DNA of 64,000 bases. Origin: Lama guanicoe (taxonomy: Eukaryota). Shown here piece after piece: positions 25,063 through 39,200 of this stretch. The notes beneath the pieces are model-generated. The model was not told where the DNA came from, made no database searches, and saw only the letters and a list, made by a program, of their open reading frames with translations. The stretch lies in NCBI GenBank assembly GCA_013239625.1, contig MU054204.1, positions 210,879-274,878 on the forward strand, read 5' to 3'. The translations under genes were made by a program, and so were the position numbers. Position 1 is the first letter of the stretch, and the number at the start of each line of letters is the position of its first letter.

Positions 25063-25967
25063 TGCATATCATATCTTCTCTCCTATTCAGCGTGAATATA
25101 GCTTTGTTTTCCATGTCATCAAAAGCAATCCTGTTTGTTGTTTCAATATTAACTAAGAAGATACCTAAACGTTTAAAGAAGAAAATGAAGATTACCTACA
25201 TTCCTACTACCTAGAGATAACCAGCATTGATAATTAGGTGTCTGTATATCCCACATTTGATTTTTCTGTTTATACACACACATATTAAAAGTGGGGTCAT
25301 AGTGTATGTATTGCTTTGTAACCAACTTTTGTAATACCTAATTGTATAACATTGTAGAACTCTTTCCAGATCTAGATAATCATTTTAATGGCTTTACAGT
25401 ATCACACTTTATGACTGTATTAATACTATAAATATTTTCGCCAGTACCATGTTGATTTAAATCATGCCTTCTGTTTTGCTGTTATAAGCAGTGCTACAGT
25501 GGCTACTATTTGTGTACTTCTATCTTCACACGCTTGTCTAATTATTTTATTAAGAGATATTCATAGAAGAAGCAGAATTGCTAGGTCAGACGGAATACAC
25601 TTTACATATCACCCCCTTCATTAAGTACAGCACATACTAGATTAATTTGTATTAAATGGAATAAAGAATGTGAGGAAGCTTTGGAAACTGCCCAACACTA
25701 TATGAGTTATTGCATTGCAATCGTTATTGCTGAAGACGTGGCAAACTGATGACCTTCAAGACTAGGAGAGGGGAGAAGGCTTGATTTCTCCCTGATTCAC
25801 AGGAAATACACCTATCTGAACATGCATGCAAAAGTGGGTGGTTACTGTCTATCTGAAAGGATCTGTATCTTTACTCCCACCCCCAAACTTCAAAGATGAA
25901 GAAAGACTCTTGTCATCTTGAAGTGAAACCATTGCTTTTAAATATGGCCCCTTCTGCCAAGTGTTGA

Positions 25968-26611
25968 TGATACAGGAAAAGAAAATGTGGGGTGAGAGGA
26001 TGGCCGAGTCCCAGGCATCCTTGGGATATGCCCCACCAAATGTGGATCCTTGGCTTTGCACAGGGAAGAATTCAAGAACAAGCCACAGTTAAGTAAAGGT
26101 AGATTTATTTAGAGAGATACATACTCCATAGACAGAGAGCAGGCTGTCTCAGAAGGCAAGAGAAAGGCCACTAGGTGTTGGGGTTGGGTGCTTAGTAAAA
26201 GTAGATACACACTCCATAGACACAGTGCGATCCATCTCACTCAGAAGGGAGAGCGGCCACGAGGTGCAGGGTTGCTAGTTTTTATGGGCTCAGTAACTTC
26301 ATATGCTAACAGGTGGGAGGATTATTCCAACTACTCTGGGAAAGGGGCAGGGATTCCCAGGAATTGGGCTATCACCCACTTTTTGACCTTTTATGGCCAG
26401 CCTTGGAACTGTCATGGCACATGTAAGAGTGTCATTTACCATGCTAGTATATTACAATGAGCATATAATGAAGCTCAAGGTCTACTGGAAGTCAACTCTC
26501 CTGCCCTCTTGGGCCTCAGGGCCTGCTGGGAGTTGAATCTTCCACCATCTTGGTGCTAGTTGCTGTGTCATTCTTTGAATGGCTGTGTCCTGCCCCCTTC
26601 CTCCTGTCTCA
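25968..26611 (-). mobile_element. Solo ERV1-type LTR
   Basis: TG...CA termini with inverted ends TGATACAGGA / TCCTGTCTCA, 4-bp TSD TTGA (25964-25967, 26612-26615), minus-strand AATAAA near 26105, internal tandem duplication (AGATACAYACTCCATAGAC). Confidence 0.88.
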
Positions 26612-27400
26612 TTGAAACCCATTCTTTGTCAACCTTTAATTTCTAGTAAACTCTTGAATAGAGAAGGTCTCCTAAGCTGCTTCTGCCCTGAGTTGTTCTA
26701 CTACACTCTTGAGAACCAAGCCTGAGGGTCTGGCTACTTTATTTGTGTGTCTGGGAATGGGTGGGTGGGTAGGAAGTGGGTTGGGGAAAAAATTTTTTTA
26801 AAGGCCAGACAGGTAGGTCAGTGCCCAGCTTAAGGATTCCATGGTCACACCTTCAGTGGAGGGACTTAACTTTCCAGTGAGCCTGACATTCCGCAGAGCT
26901 TAGGCCCGCCTAGATACACTCACTCACCCACCCACTCCTCTGGCTTCCTGTTTTTCTAGGAGCCGGAGTGCCTCTTGAGTGTAACTCTAGTGTAAGCATT
27001 GTTGAGTAGGGGGAAGTGTGTGTTGTGAAGTCTTGAATCTGGATCTCCTCATCTCACAGCCTGAATTCTCTCTGACTTCAAAGGCTGGGCACTCATCCAG
27101 GAATGATGCTCTTGGCCTCTGCTAGAAGGTGGGGCCAGGTGTGGGAATGCAAACAGACGTTGGGGGCCTGTAGGAGGGTAGAAGGCAGCAGGAGAGTATA
27201 TGACCGTGGAGGGGTGCAGATGCCTGTGTGTTTGGCCGGGCTCCACCTTATAAAGGGTGCTTCTTGCGGGAATGTTTTCAGTGATGCCTGTCAGAGATCT
27301 TGGGCTCTTTGAACCTCGAAGTCTGAATGGGGTGATGTTTGCCATAAGCACTAATGAGCATGGAAATGATTTATTCTGGGCCCTTGATTATATTACTCTT

Positions 27401-27764
27401 TTTTTTAAATGTCATTTTTAATTGAAGTGTAGTCTGTTTACAATGTAGTGTCAATTTCTAGTGTACAGCATAATAGTTCAGTCATATGTATACGTACATA
27501 TATTCCTTTTCATATTCTTTTTCATTATAGGTTACTGCAAGATACTGAATACAGTTTCCTTTGCTGTACAGAAGAAACTTGTTTATCTATTTTACATATA
27601 GTAATGTGTATCTGCAAATCCCAAACTCCCAATTTATCCTTTCCTACCCACTTCCCATCCCCTTCCCTCCCTGGTGACCATAAGTTTGTTTTCTATGTCT
27701 GTGAGTCTGTTTCTGTTTTGTAAATAACTTCATTTGTCTGCTTTTGAGATTCCACGTATAAGTG
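27401..27764 (-). mobile_element. Young L1 3' end
   Basis: TSD ATATTACTCTT at 27390-27400 and 27765-27775. Confidence 0.92.
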
Positions 27765-28497
27765 ATATTACTCTTAAATCACTGGCATACCGATGGGCCT
27801 TATTGATCCTCAGACTGTTTCCTGTTCTGTCAATAGATCCATTCCCTCCAACCCTAGCAACTCAGTTGGCACTGCTGGCTTTATGTATGTTGCTGCCTTG
27901 AAAAGCGGCTCTCTAGGTGTTTTGGACTCATTCATCCTCCTTTCTCCCCAGGTCTCCAGCTCGCCGAGCTGTGAAATTTCACCACCCCTCTCCAGTCTGT
28001 TTACTTTCCTTTCTGACTCTGTAAGCAGCACTGTGTACATATCTTTTCATGTGTTCACATGCATTTCTGGGTATGCCTGCTTGGTTCCCTGAGGCTATTG
28101 GTAAATCTGCATGGATGTGGGTAAGCCTTTTTGTGATTAAGGGGATCTCATCTGTGTGGGCTCCATCAGGAACCTTGATGGTGTGTGCAGTGGAGACAGG
28201 AACTGGAGACAGGAGACGTATATCACTGGGGCGGGCAGCGGAGAGGAATCGACCCTTCTTCGGGGCAAGCAGGCTTGAACCTTTCGTTGAATTATGAGTC
28301 TGGAAAACAGGGAATTTATCTCCCATTGTTGGGCAAACCTGGAAGATTACACTGACTCTGAAAGAGAATATCTTCATTTTTCTCCAGAGCTTGTGGGGTC
28401 CACTTGGATGATGAATGTGAATTCTAGATTCAAAAGTCCTCCCCTGTTTAGGAGAATGTAGGGTTAGAGATACGCCAGTGGGTTTAAGACAAGTCAC

Positions 28498-28636
28498 GGT
28501 TTTATTTATTTATTTTTTGTATGGGGGAGGTGACCAGGCTTATTTATTTATTTACTGATGGAGGTGCTGGGGATTGAACCAAGGATCTCGTGCATGCTAG
28601 GGAGGCACTCTACCACTGAGCTATACATTCCCCTCC
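28498..28636 (-). mobile_element. Vic-1-like SINE
   Basis: GGGATTGAACCAAGG...TCTACCACTGAGCTATAC. Confidence 0.88.
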
Positions 28637-28959
28637 TTTAAGTGAAGGTTTTAAATGGTTCTTATGCTCCTCATCCCCTCTAGACTCAGCCCTTTGAAGG
28701 TACAGTCTTCCTTATTTTTGCATTTCCTCTCTGGGCCTTGTCTGACCCAGACACTTAATCAACAGTGAATGGATTATTAAAGCAGAAGGATAGACGACTA
28801 AACTTCCTGAGACTGTCGATGGCCCTGTAGAGTCCCACATGACTCCCTAGGAAGGAAGGCTTGAGCCGGGGAGGTCTTGTTTCCAGAACTGGCCTTAGAC
28901 TAGAGTCCCGCCCTCCCCACTCATGAAGTAATTGGCAGAATGGCTAGAACAAGTGAATG

Positions 28960-29200
28960 ATTGTGCCATAATTAGTTTATGACCGGAGGGCATGCCAGTT
29001 TGTAGCCCTGCCAGTCTGCTAGCTGCCACCAGCCCAGATAGGCCTCGTAAAAGTGCAAGCAACAAAGCTATGATCCTATTTCCTGGGCCTGCTGGGCCTA
29101 ATGACTCAGGCCTATGAACTGAGAGTAACCAAGCTAGTATGTTAACATTTCCTGAACGCTGACCTTTTACGTTTTCATTTTATGCAAAAGTAACCTTTAT
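28960..29200. promoter_or_regulatory. Candidate enhancer: posterior HOX/CDX + AP-1 motif cluster
   Basis: TTTATGAC 28976-28983, CTCGTAAAA 29044-29052, TGACTCA 29102-29108, TTTTACG 29165-29171, TTTTATG 29178-29184 in TE-poor DNA; motif-based only. Confidence 0.4.
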
Positions 29201-31239
29201 TTCTTACAGTTGTTAATCCTTGCTTGGACTTAATTTTAATATTCCTGCCTGCCTCCCTCCCTCCCTCCCTCCCTCCCTCCTGCCCTCCCTTTCTTCTTTC
29301 ATTTCTCTCTCTTTATGTTTGGAAGTGGACAGGCTGCATCATGAGGTTAGGGCAGGACAGAGCATCTGGCCTATTGTGTGACAGTAATAGAGATCACTTT
29401 CTGCTGATACGTTTAAGAAATGGTTCAGTCCATATCTCCTGCAGGCCTCACCCTCCCGGCCCACTGCTGGTATGATTGTTGTCTAAATAGTCTCCTCTGG
29501 TGTCCTAAGAGTTCAAAAAAAAAGCCAGCTTTGGTAATGAGAAATCTATCAACCTGTCAACCTAATTCATGTAAATGTGTCCCAGAGCGTCAGTGCCAGA
29601 CGTCATCATATCTGGATTCTGAAAGGGTGTGCTGATTCTGTGGTTCCATAAGCTCTTCTTTCCTTTCCTGCCTGTCGACCTGCATTGCATTTTTATTTCC
29701 GATGCATTTTTATTTCAGACACTCAACATATGGGAATCTTTGGATCCATTCAAGTCAAATTAAGAGAGTACATGATATTTGCTGCTGGCCAAAATGTCCA
29801 GCACCTTAGGTTCAGAGGTAGAGAAAAAAAGTTTCCAGATTCACTAATGCAGATTTTACATATAAGAAATAAAGCAATTTTCAGAATGACCAGACTTGAG
29901 GAATGGCCCCCACTCAGCAAGTTCTTAAACTATTAGGATAATTGTTTCTATCACACAAGCAGAATTAACACCCCTAGTCCAATCCAGGGAACAGACATAA
30001 GGTGGGAAATTCTTCACTTTTTTTTTTAGCTTCTTGTCATCACAGCCAAGTTTTCACAAATTCAGTTTCTTCAGAGTGTTTTGTTGGTTGTACTGCTCAA
30101 AATGAAAATATCATTCTCTTTTAACATGCCAGCAATCTCTTCTTCCACCCCAAACGTTCTCTTTTCTGTTTATTTGGAATTGTCTTTAATGTGTCTACTG
30201 ACTTCTTTGGTAGGACCGGTGTCCAATATGTTCACAAAAGGGCTCTAATATGTTTATGTTAGGGTACTGTATTTGGTCTCTGCATTGATTTCAGATTTGA
30301 AGGCTAATCATGTTTGGCCTTATATAAAACCTATAACTCACAGAGAACCGGCATTTTTGTTTTTACAGATTAGTTTGAGATTGGGTCCTTGATGTGAAAT
30401 GTTTGCAATTGGGTCTTTGATGAGAAATATAAGACTGTGATTTTCATATGTTTGTGAATTTCAAGCACATTATCTATTATTTCAAAGCAGTAGTAAGCTA
30501 TAATAAACCAAAGAAACCTAAATTTAAATAAATGCATTTTAGTTGATAATAGGTATGTGAAAATGACTCTAATAAATGAATTTGCTATTACTTGTCCTCA
30601 AGTTTCTCTTTAATCATAACTGACCACATGCATTCTCAAGACTTATAATTTATAGAGTTTAAGGCGATCTTCCCTCATCAGAGGTGTTTCCATATGAAAA
30701 TATTTCTAGTATGAATGAGAAGAGTTTTATTCAAAAACATAGTGTTCCTGAAAAGCAAACAGTTTTACTAAAGGCCTGTAATTAAGGCAAAACGGTCTGC
30801 AGTAATGCCTCACTTATCCTGAAGCTTAGAATGTGGCCTGGACCCCAGTAATAAGTTTAAATAAAAAAGGCTTTGAGATCTGGAAACAGCTGTCACAAAG
30901 CTGATAGTAGAGGGGGAAGAATCCCTCATGCCTTGACTTCAGAGAGACCCACTGATCCTTAATTTAATGGGAACCTGTCATTCCCTCAGTTAGAGCAGAA
31001 CACAAGCAGTAAATTACAATTGGGGGTGGCAGGCTGCATAGGTTTCAGGAGGTAGTTTACCCTAGAAATAGGCACATGATAGTGGAGTGAGTATTTGACA
31101 TCTGGGCTGGAGAGACCACAAAAGGAAAGACCTGGCGATAGGGAACTGATAGCCTTCTGCACAAAAATATAAGATTGTGGTATTCCATAGCATTGACAGG
31201 CCAGATTTTGCTTAGCCATTCTCTTGTTATTGGGAATTA

Positions 31240-31990
31240 AAGTTATTTAAAAATTTTCACTCTTATGAAAAGTGATACAGTGGATGGGTTCTGTACAAAT
31301 TGCATTGCATTTCTTCTACTTACAGTTATTGCCTTCTGATACCTTACTAAATGTATAATAACCGGGTCAAAAGGTATGAGCTGTTTTATAGCTGTTGCCT
31401 GTTGCCAGATTGTACTCCCAAAAGATTAAACTGTGTAAGTATGCCTGTTTTCTCACAGCTCTTCAGCACTGAATGTCATCATTTCTAGTATTTTTCCTAG
31501 CTTAATATGTATGTATGTGATCCCTTTGTTTTAATTTCTATTTATTTAATGAAGCTTTATATTTCTTAATGTCCTAATTTGCCATCTATTTCCTTATTCA
31601 TTTTCTTTGAACACTTATAAAGTATAGTCGACTGACCTTCTATGTTTTTATCCATTCCTTCTATTTCAGATAGTTTGACTTTATATTTGTCACATCTTTT
31701 TCCAATTTGGTTGCTTTCATTTTTATGTGTGCTTTATTATATTTCACTATGCAAAAGTGTTCTTTTTCACATTTATGTATTCTGATCCATCCATCCTGTC
31801 TCTGATGTTTCTTTCATTTTTCAATATTCAGAAATTTACCACTCTTCCACAGCTGGGACAAATATGTGATTCTGTCCTCCTTCTCCCCCAGGGTGTTTTT
31901 TCTTTTTTGTGTTTAATTCTTGGACCCATCTGGAATTTATTGGAGTGTATGGTATGAGGTATGGATCTAAAGTAAAATCTCCATACTGAT
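31240..31990 (-). mobile_element. Ancient L1ME-like fragment
   Basis: TTGCCAGATTGTACTCCCAAAAG; CCATCTGGAATTTATTGGAGTGTATGGTATGAGGTATGGATCTAA. Confidence 0.65.
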
Positions 31991-32009
31991 ATCCAAATGT
32001 TTTAGCAAT

Positions 32010-32700
32010 TAAATTTGGCAAATATTTCTTGAACTCCTCTCTGTGCTAAACATTGTGCTAAGTACCACAAGAAAGTTTTTTTTTTAAATGAGGCAAAGTC
32101 CATGCTCTCCAAATGTTTGATCCTTTGTGGGTGTCTGTCTGTCTACTGCTCCCCCTCTTTCTCTGAAGAGTGGAAGGGTGGCAGTGCAGTAACAAGGTAG
32201 ATATTTAAATAATTATAACAAAGCACAAGGAAGACTATGATGTAGTTACTATTATAGAGGTTAAAAGCAAGAAGCTGTGGGAATTTAAAGGAGTGAGAGA
32301 TTCCACCTAAGACAAGGAAAGGCCTTAAGGTGGAGGCAGCATTTAAGAATGCCTCAGATGGCAGGATTTCATTCATTTAGGAGAAAAAAATATACACTGA
32401 ATATCTATTCTGACACTCTTTGTGCTGGGATGCTCGCAATAGAGATGAACAAGATGTAATCCCTGACTTCAAGGAGCTCTCAGATTAGCAATGCAGGGTA
32501 CTTCTAAAGGAAACATACTAGGAAGAAGTAGTAGAAGGGGAAACAGATGTGGTTGGAGAAAGTTGCTAGATTAAGACCGGAAAGGAAGATTGGGGCCTTA
32601 AATGTCAAGAGGAGGCATTGATTCTTCCTTTGTTTTGACATGGCAAATGTTTACAGATTTGAACGTTCCATGATCAGAGAGGATTTCTAGGCCAGTCCAT
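32010..32700 (-). mobile_element. L2 fragments
   Basis: CAAATATTTCTTGAACTCCTCTCTGTGCTAAACATTGTGCTAAG; CCCTGACTTCAAGGAGCTCTCAG. Confidence 0.6.
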
Positions 32701-33279
32701 TTCATTGGGAAGGCTGTTATCTGTTTGTACTTTTCTCTGAAATGTGGGTAAGGTAAACGTGTGCACTATTTTGATATTTGGGCTCCTTGGCAGGATCTAG
32801 TCTACCCTTTACAGTGTCTGTCAATATGATTGGCAGGGTTTGTGACATCTTTCATATATTGCAGCTGGTTCCTTTTTGGTACTCCTTCATTCTCTGTTTC
32901 AAGTAGTTAGGACCACCTGCCTTTTGCTTAAGTTATTTAGGAGACATTTTAGAGTGAGTACATCAAAATGGCTAAAATGAAGTATCTGGTTCTTGAAGGA
33001 ATAAAGTTCATGTGTAAAGAAGATTTGGTTATGAGAAAGCAGCTCCTTCCCACCTTCTGCAGGAAAAACGAGGGGCGAGTATGCCTGAGACCCCAAATTA
33101 ACTTGAATGTGGCTCCTCACATGAACATACACCTAATTAACCAGAGAAGTGTTTTATTTCTTGTTGTGGCCATGAAGACTACAATGTAGAAATTAAACCA
33201 TTGGTAAATAGACTTGTCTTGGATTGTTTTCCAGAGACTAAGAAAAGCTTAATCAGAGGATTAAAAATTAGTGGTTTGG

Positions 33280-36200
33280 GAGCAGAACTTCCATACTGTG
33301 CGAGGAGCTTGACAGACCCTCTTCCCCAGTGAAACAACCACTTAACTGATGAAAATGATCAAAAACGTTCATTTAAAGTCTCTGGAAGTTGACTTAGGGG
33401 AATTCAATATACTCCTTTATTCAAGGAAATCTACTAAGTCTCAGTAAGAACAATGAGAGTCTACTTGTCACATCTCCCCCACCCAGCTCCATGCTATGGA
33501 TACTCTAACTCTGGACAGGTGTAGCCAAAACATGGGGCTCCCTTTACCTCCAGTTCCCAGTCATAGGGCAGTGGTTTCACCCCGGGGAAAAAGGCTGCCA
33601 ACATCTCTCTTCTCACACTCTCAGCTTCATGTTGTGGAAACTCTATTTTGGGCTCACATGGGCAAGAAGACTGGAGTCCTCCCACCCTAGTTCCCATGTG
33701 CAGGGCAGAGGTTCCATGCTGTGAGTGGCAACCAGAGAAGACCACAGGCTACCAGCCTCCCTAAGGTCTTGCTTGTAGGGTGAAGTTTCCATACCAGAAG
33801 GGCATGTCAAGAAGGTGGAGGGGCTCCCATTCCCACCTTCCAGCTCTTGCTTGTAGGGTGGATGTATCACTCAGGGAGAATGAAGCCATTACCACACCCT
33901 CACTCCAGTAAAATACTACAGAATTTCTGCTTGGGGGTTAGGCATGACTGGAGGATCAGCAGCTCCAGCTCTGTTAAGGGGCCTGATTTCATTTGGAACA
34001 GAGTATGGAGGAACTCATTCTTGAAGGTATTGTCAAAATGAACAGAGATCTTTGTGTTGAACAACTAGTAGAAGGCTAATAGTTCCATGAAACTAGGAGC
34101 AACAGGTGAAATGGCAGACCAGCCATAATTTTAACAGAACCAGAGAGAGAGAGGCAGCTAAAAAGAGCCCTGTTGAGATCACACTTATCCTGGGGGTCAG
34201 GAAGGCTATGCACATATGCTATGTTGCATTCCTTCAAAAGCAACCAGAGTGGGCACGAGAGAGGTCCTAGTCACTTCTTGAACGTGGAGCTGACTTAAAA
34301 GCATCTCCCAAGCCACACAGAGATCCAACATCAAGTTCTGAAGCCTTACTGGCTCAAGGGGCATAAGCACAACCTCTGACCGATCACTAGCTGAACATTA
34401 AGTTATACTGACCCAGGAGCAACTCTAAGGTAGTTAAAAACAACAAACAAACAAGGAGGAAAAACTGAGCAGTAACATAAGAGGTTGCACCATGCAGAGG
34501 AATTAGACTTCACATAGATAATTCAGGCAAGCTACCAGACAAGGCCCCTGTTGGTGGTGGTGTTGGGACTAATCAGAATCTAGAGTTGCTACAATATCTT
34601 ATTTTAAATGCCCAGTTTTCAACAAAAAATTTGCAACAGATGCAAAGAAACAGAATAGTGTGACAATTGTACAGGGAAAAAGCAGGCAATAGATACTACC
34701 TTTGGTAGGAAGGGACACATGATGTACTTAGCAGGCAAACACAAGCACTTCAAAATAGCTATTATAAATATTTCCAGAGAACTAAGGGAGTCAGTTTATA
34801 AAATGATGAAAGAAAGATATGATAACAATGAGTCATCAAAGAAAGAATATTAGCAAAGGGATGGAAATTATATTAAAAAAATGAAATGAAAATTCTGGAG
34901 TTGAAAAGTACAATAACTGAAAGGAAAAACTCACTAGAAAGGCTCAGCACTAGAATTAGGATGGAAGAATACAGAATAAGTGAACTTGAAAGTAAATAAT
35001 TAGAAATTATACAATTTGAAGAACAGGAAAAAAATGAAAAAAAATGAACAGAGCCCAAGAAACTTATGGGACAATATTAAGTGCACCAACAGACGCATGA
35101 TGGGAGTACCAGAAGGAAAGGAGAGGGTGAAAGGGGTAGAAAAAATATTGAAGGTATAATGGGTGAAAACTTCCAAAACATGATGAAAAACATTAATTGA
35201 CACCTGCAAAACCCACCAAATCTACACCTATGCATATCATAGTTAAAATATTGGAAGCCAAAGGGAAAATCATGGAAGCAGAAAGAGGAAAAAAAAATGA
35301 CTCATCACATATAAGTGAATCTTAATAAGATCACTAGCTGACTTTTCATTAGAAAAAAAAATGGAGATTAGAGGCAGATGGATAACATTCAAAGCGCTTA
35401 AAGGGGAAAACAAAGTAAGAGTCCTATATCCAGGAAAACTTTCGAAAATGTAGGCAAAATAAAGATATTCCCTGATAAACAAAGATGGAGACAATTTATT
35501 GGTAACAGACTTGCCTTATAAGAAATATTAAAAGAAGTTCTTCCAGCAGAAAGGAAGCCACATCACACAGTAATTCAAATCCACTTGAGAAAAACAGGAT
35601 GCTTGTAAAGATAATTATGTAGTAAATATAAAAAAACAGTATAATTACAGTTATATTCTCATCTTTTTTGATTGATTTGAAAAACAATAGCATTAAAATA
35701 TCTGTATTTGGGGGCTTGTAAAACATGGAGATATACTTAACAATGACAGTACAAAGTACAGGAGAGGGAAGGAAGCGATAGTAGAGCAGGAAGGTGACAC
35801 CAGATAGTGCCTCAAATCCACAGGAAGAAACAAAGAGTATCATAAGTGGTAAATAAGAAGCTCAATTAAAAAATACTTTATATAGTTTTCCCTTTCTTCC
35901 CCTAGTTCATTCATAGATTATTTAAAGCAACAATTATAACACTATTGTTGGTTTTGTGAAGTATATAGATGTAATATATGTGGCATTAATAATACAAAGG
36001 AGGATGTGGAGGATGGAGCTATAGTGAAGCAAAATTTTTTATATTTAATGGGATTAAGTTAGTATAAAACTAGAATATGGTAAGTTATGGTGTATATTGT
36101 AATTCTTAGAGCAACAAATAAGAAAATAACTTTAAAAACAGAGTGAAGAATTAAATAAAGGAATTTAAATGCTACCTTAGAAAATATCCATTTTCTAGTG

Positions 36201-39200
36201 GTGGTGTAAACAACAGAAATTTCTTATCTCACAGTTCTGAAGGCTAGAAGTCAAAGATCAAGGTGTCAGCAAATTTGGATTCTCCTGAGACTTCTCTTTG
36301 GCTTTCAGTTAGTCCCCTTTTTACTGTCCTCACATGATCTTTCCTCTGTACACATACGTGTGTTTGTTTTCTCCTTTATGTACAAATTTCCTACTCTTAT
36401 AAGAACACAAGCACATTAGATTAGGGCCCACCTCAATGCCATCATTTTAACCTAATTACCTCTTTTAAAGTCTTTATCTTCAAATTCAGTCACATACTGA
36501 GGTACTGGGAGTTAGGGCTTCAACATATGAATTTTGGGTAGACATAATTCATCCTGTAACAATTGACAAAATTTTAAATATATCAGTTGAGAAATAGAAG
36601 AATGAAACTACTGATATCGAGAATGATGAAGGAACATCTCTACTGAACTCACAAAAAAGTGAATAAAAATGGTAGGAGAAATCTATTAATATCTGTATGC
36701 CAACAGATTCTATAACTTAGATGAAGTGGAAGAATTATTAGAAAGATAAAATTGTGAAAACTGCCCAAGAAATAGAAAATCAGAATAGTCTTAAAATAAA
36801 TAAAGAAATTAGATTAGTATGTTAAAATCTTCCCACAAATAAAAGCCCAGGCATAGACAGGTTCACTGGTAAATTCTGCCAAATATGTAAAGAAGAGTTA
36901 ATACCAATCCTTCATAAACCCTTTCAGAAAATTGAGGAGGGAACAACTCCAATGTATTCTACAAGTACTGCCTTGATACCAAAGCCAAAGATATCACAAG
37001 AGAGGAAAACTAGAGACCAATATCCCTTATATAAAAATCCAGGACAAAATGCAAACTGAATCTAAGTCTAACAGCTTATTAAAAGGATTATACATCATGA
37101 CCAAGTGGGATTTATCCTAGGAATGCAAGGATGGATTAACATCCAAAAATCAGTCAATCTAAAGATTTCATTAGTACAATAAAGTACAGAAAGAACATGA
37201 TCAATCTATAGGTTCAGAAAAAGCATTTGACAAAAGTCAACACCCATTCATGATAAAAGCCCTCAATAAATTAGAAAGAGAAAGGAACTCCTCAAGCTGA
37301 TAAAGGGCATCTATGAAAACCCTACAGGTGATATTATATTTAATAGAGAAAGATTGGATGTTTTTCCCTTAACATGAGAACAAGACGAAGATGTCTGTCA
37401 CCAGTTATATTCAACACTTTACTGGAGGTTCTAGCCAGGGCAACTAGACAAGAAAAAGCAAATCTGTCTTTGATGTGATCTTATATATAGAAAACCCTAA
37501 AGAATCCACTAAATACTAGAACTAGTAAACAAATTCATCATGTTTGCAGAATACAACATCAACATTAAAAGACATTTGTATTTCTGTAAAGTAACAATGA
37601 ACAATCTGAAAATGGAATTTTAAAAAATTTCCATTTGCAATAGCACCAAAACCCAAAATAATTAGGAGTACATTTGACAAAGTTAAACACTTGTACACTG
37701 AAAACTATAAAACATTGATGAAAGCAATCAAATAAGACCTAAGTAAAAAGAAAGACATCCTATGTTCATGAATTAGAAGAACAATATTGTTAAGATGTCA
37801 GTACTCACCAAATGGTATACAGATTCAACACAATCCCTATCAAACTCACAGATGACTTTTTTTTCTGGGGGGGAATGGCAAGCAGATCTTAAAATTTATG
37901 TGGAAGTACAAGGGACCCAGAATAACCAAAACAATTTTGAAAAAGGTCAAACTTGGAGGACCTATTTCAAAACTTACTACAGAGCCACCTTAGTCAAGTC
38001 AGTGTGGTACTGGCATAAGGACAGACATATAGATTAATGGTGATCTGTTGAGACCCTGTTCAATTGAGCTTTTACAGAATTGCTGAGGAAGTTCAAAGGG
38101 AAGAAATGATGTTTAGCTGATAGGATTTAGCCAACAGGATTGACTAAAATTGGTATTTAGCCAATAGGCTATCCACATGCAAAATAATGAATTTGGTCCT
38201 TGCCTTCATACCATACACAAAGAATTAACTCAAAATGTGTAACTCTAATTCTTGTAGGCCTAAGTACAAGAGCTTAACCTATAAAACTCTTTGAAGAAAG
38301 CATAGGAATAAGTTTTCATGATCTTTGGTTCCACAAAGATTTTTTAGAAATGACAGCACAAGCACAAGTGATAAAAGAAAAATAAAATGATAAACTAGAT
38401 TTAACCAAAATTAAATTTTTTTCACTTTAAAAGATACCATTGTTAAAGTGAAATATCACCCCAAAGTCTGGGAGAATATACCTATAAATGATATATTTTA
38501 AAGTATTTGGATTCAGAATATATGAGGACCTCTCACAACTCAATACTCAAAAGACAAATTACCCATTAAAAAAAGGATAAGAATTTGAATAAGTATTTTC
38601 CAAAGAATATATACAAATGGCCAATAAGCACATGAATAGATACTCAGTATCCTTGCTCAGTAGGGAAATGAAAATCAAAACCACCATGAGATAATATTTA
38701 TCACTCTTAGAGTGGCTGTAATAATAATAAAAAGACAATAACAAGTGTTGGTAAGGATGTGGAGAAATTGGAACTCTCTCATACATTGCTGTTAGGAATG
38801 CAGAATGATGCAATTGTTGGGGAAAATTCTTTAGCAGTTCCACAAAATGTTAAACATAGAATTTCCACATGACTTGGCAATTTTACTCCTAGGTACCTAT
38901 TTAACTAAGAGAAATGAAAACATATGTTCACAGCAAAATTTGTATATGAATGTTCATAACATCACTATTCACACTTGTCCCAAAGCAGAAAGACCCCAAA
39001 TGTCTGTAAAATGATGAATGGATAAATAAAATATTGTATATCCGTATGGTGGAATATTGTTCAGCAATGAAAAGAAATGAAGCACTGTTACATGCCACCA
39101 TATGAATGAACTTCCAACACATTATGCTCAATGAAAGAAGGTAGATGTTTAAGGCCAATTTGTATGATTCCATTTATATAGATTATTTTAAAAAGCAAAT

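Noticed and set aside
27979..28497. Longest ORF in the track (172 aa) and other 60-140 aa ORFs in unique DNA
   Set aside because: No recognisable domain, overlapping ORFs on both strands and no supporting exon structure; consistent with chance.
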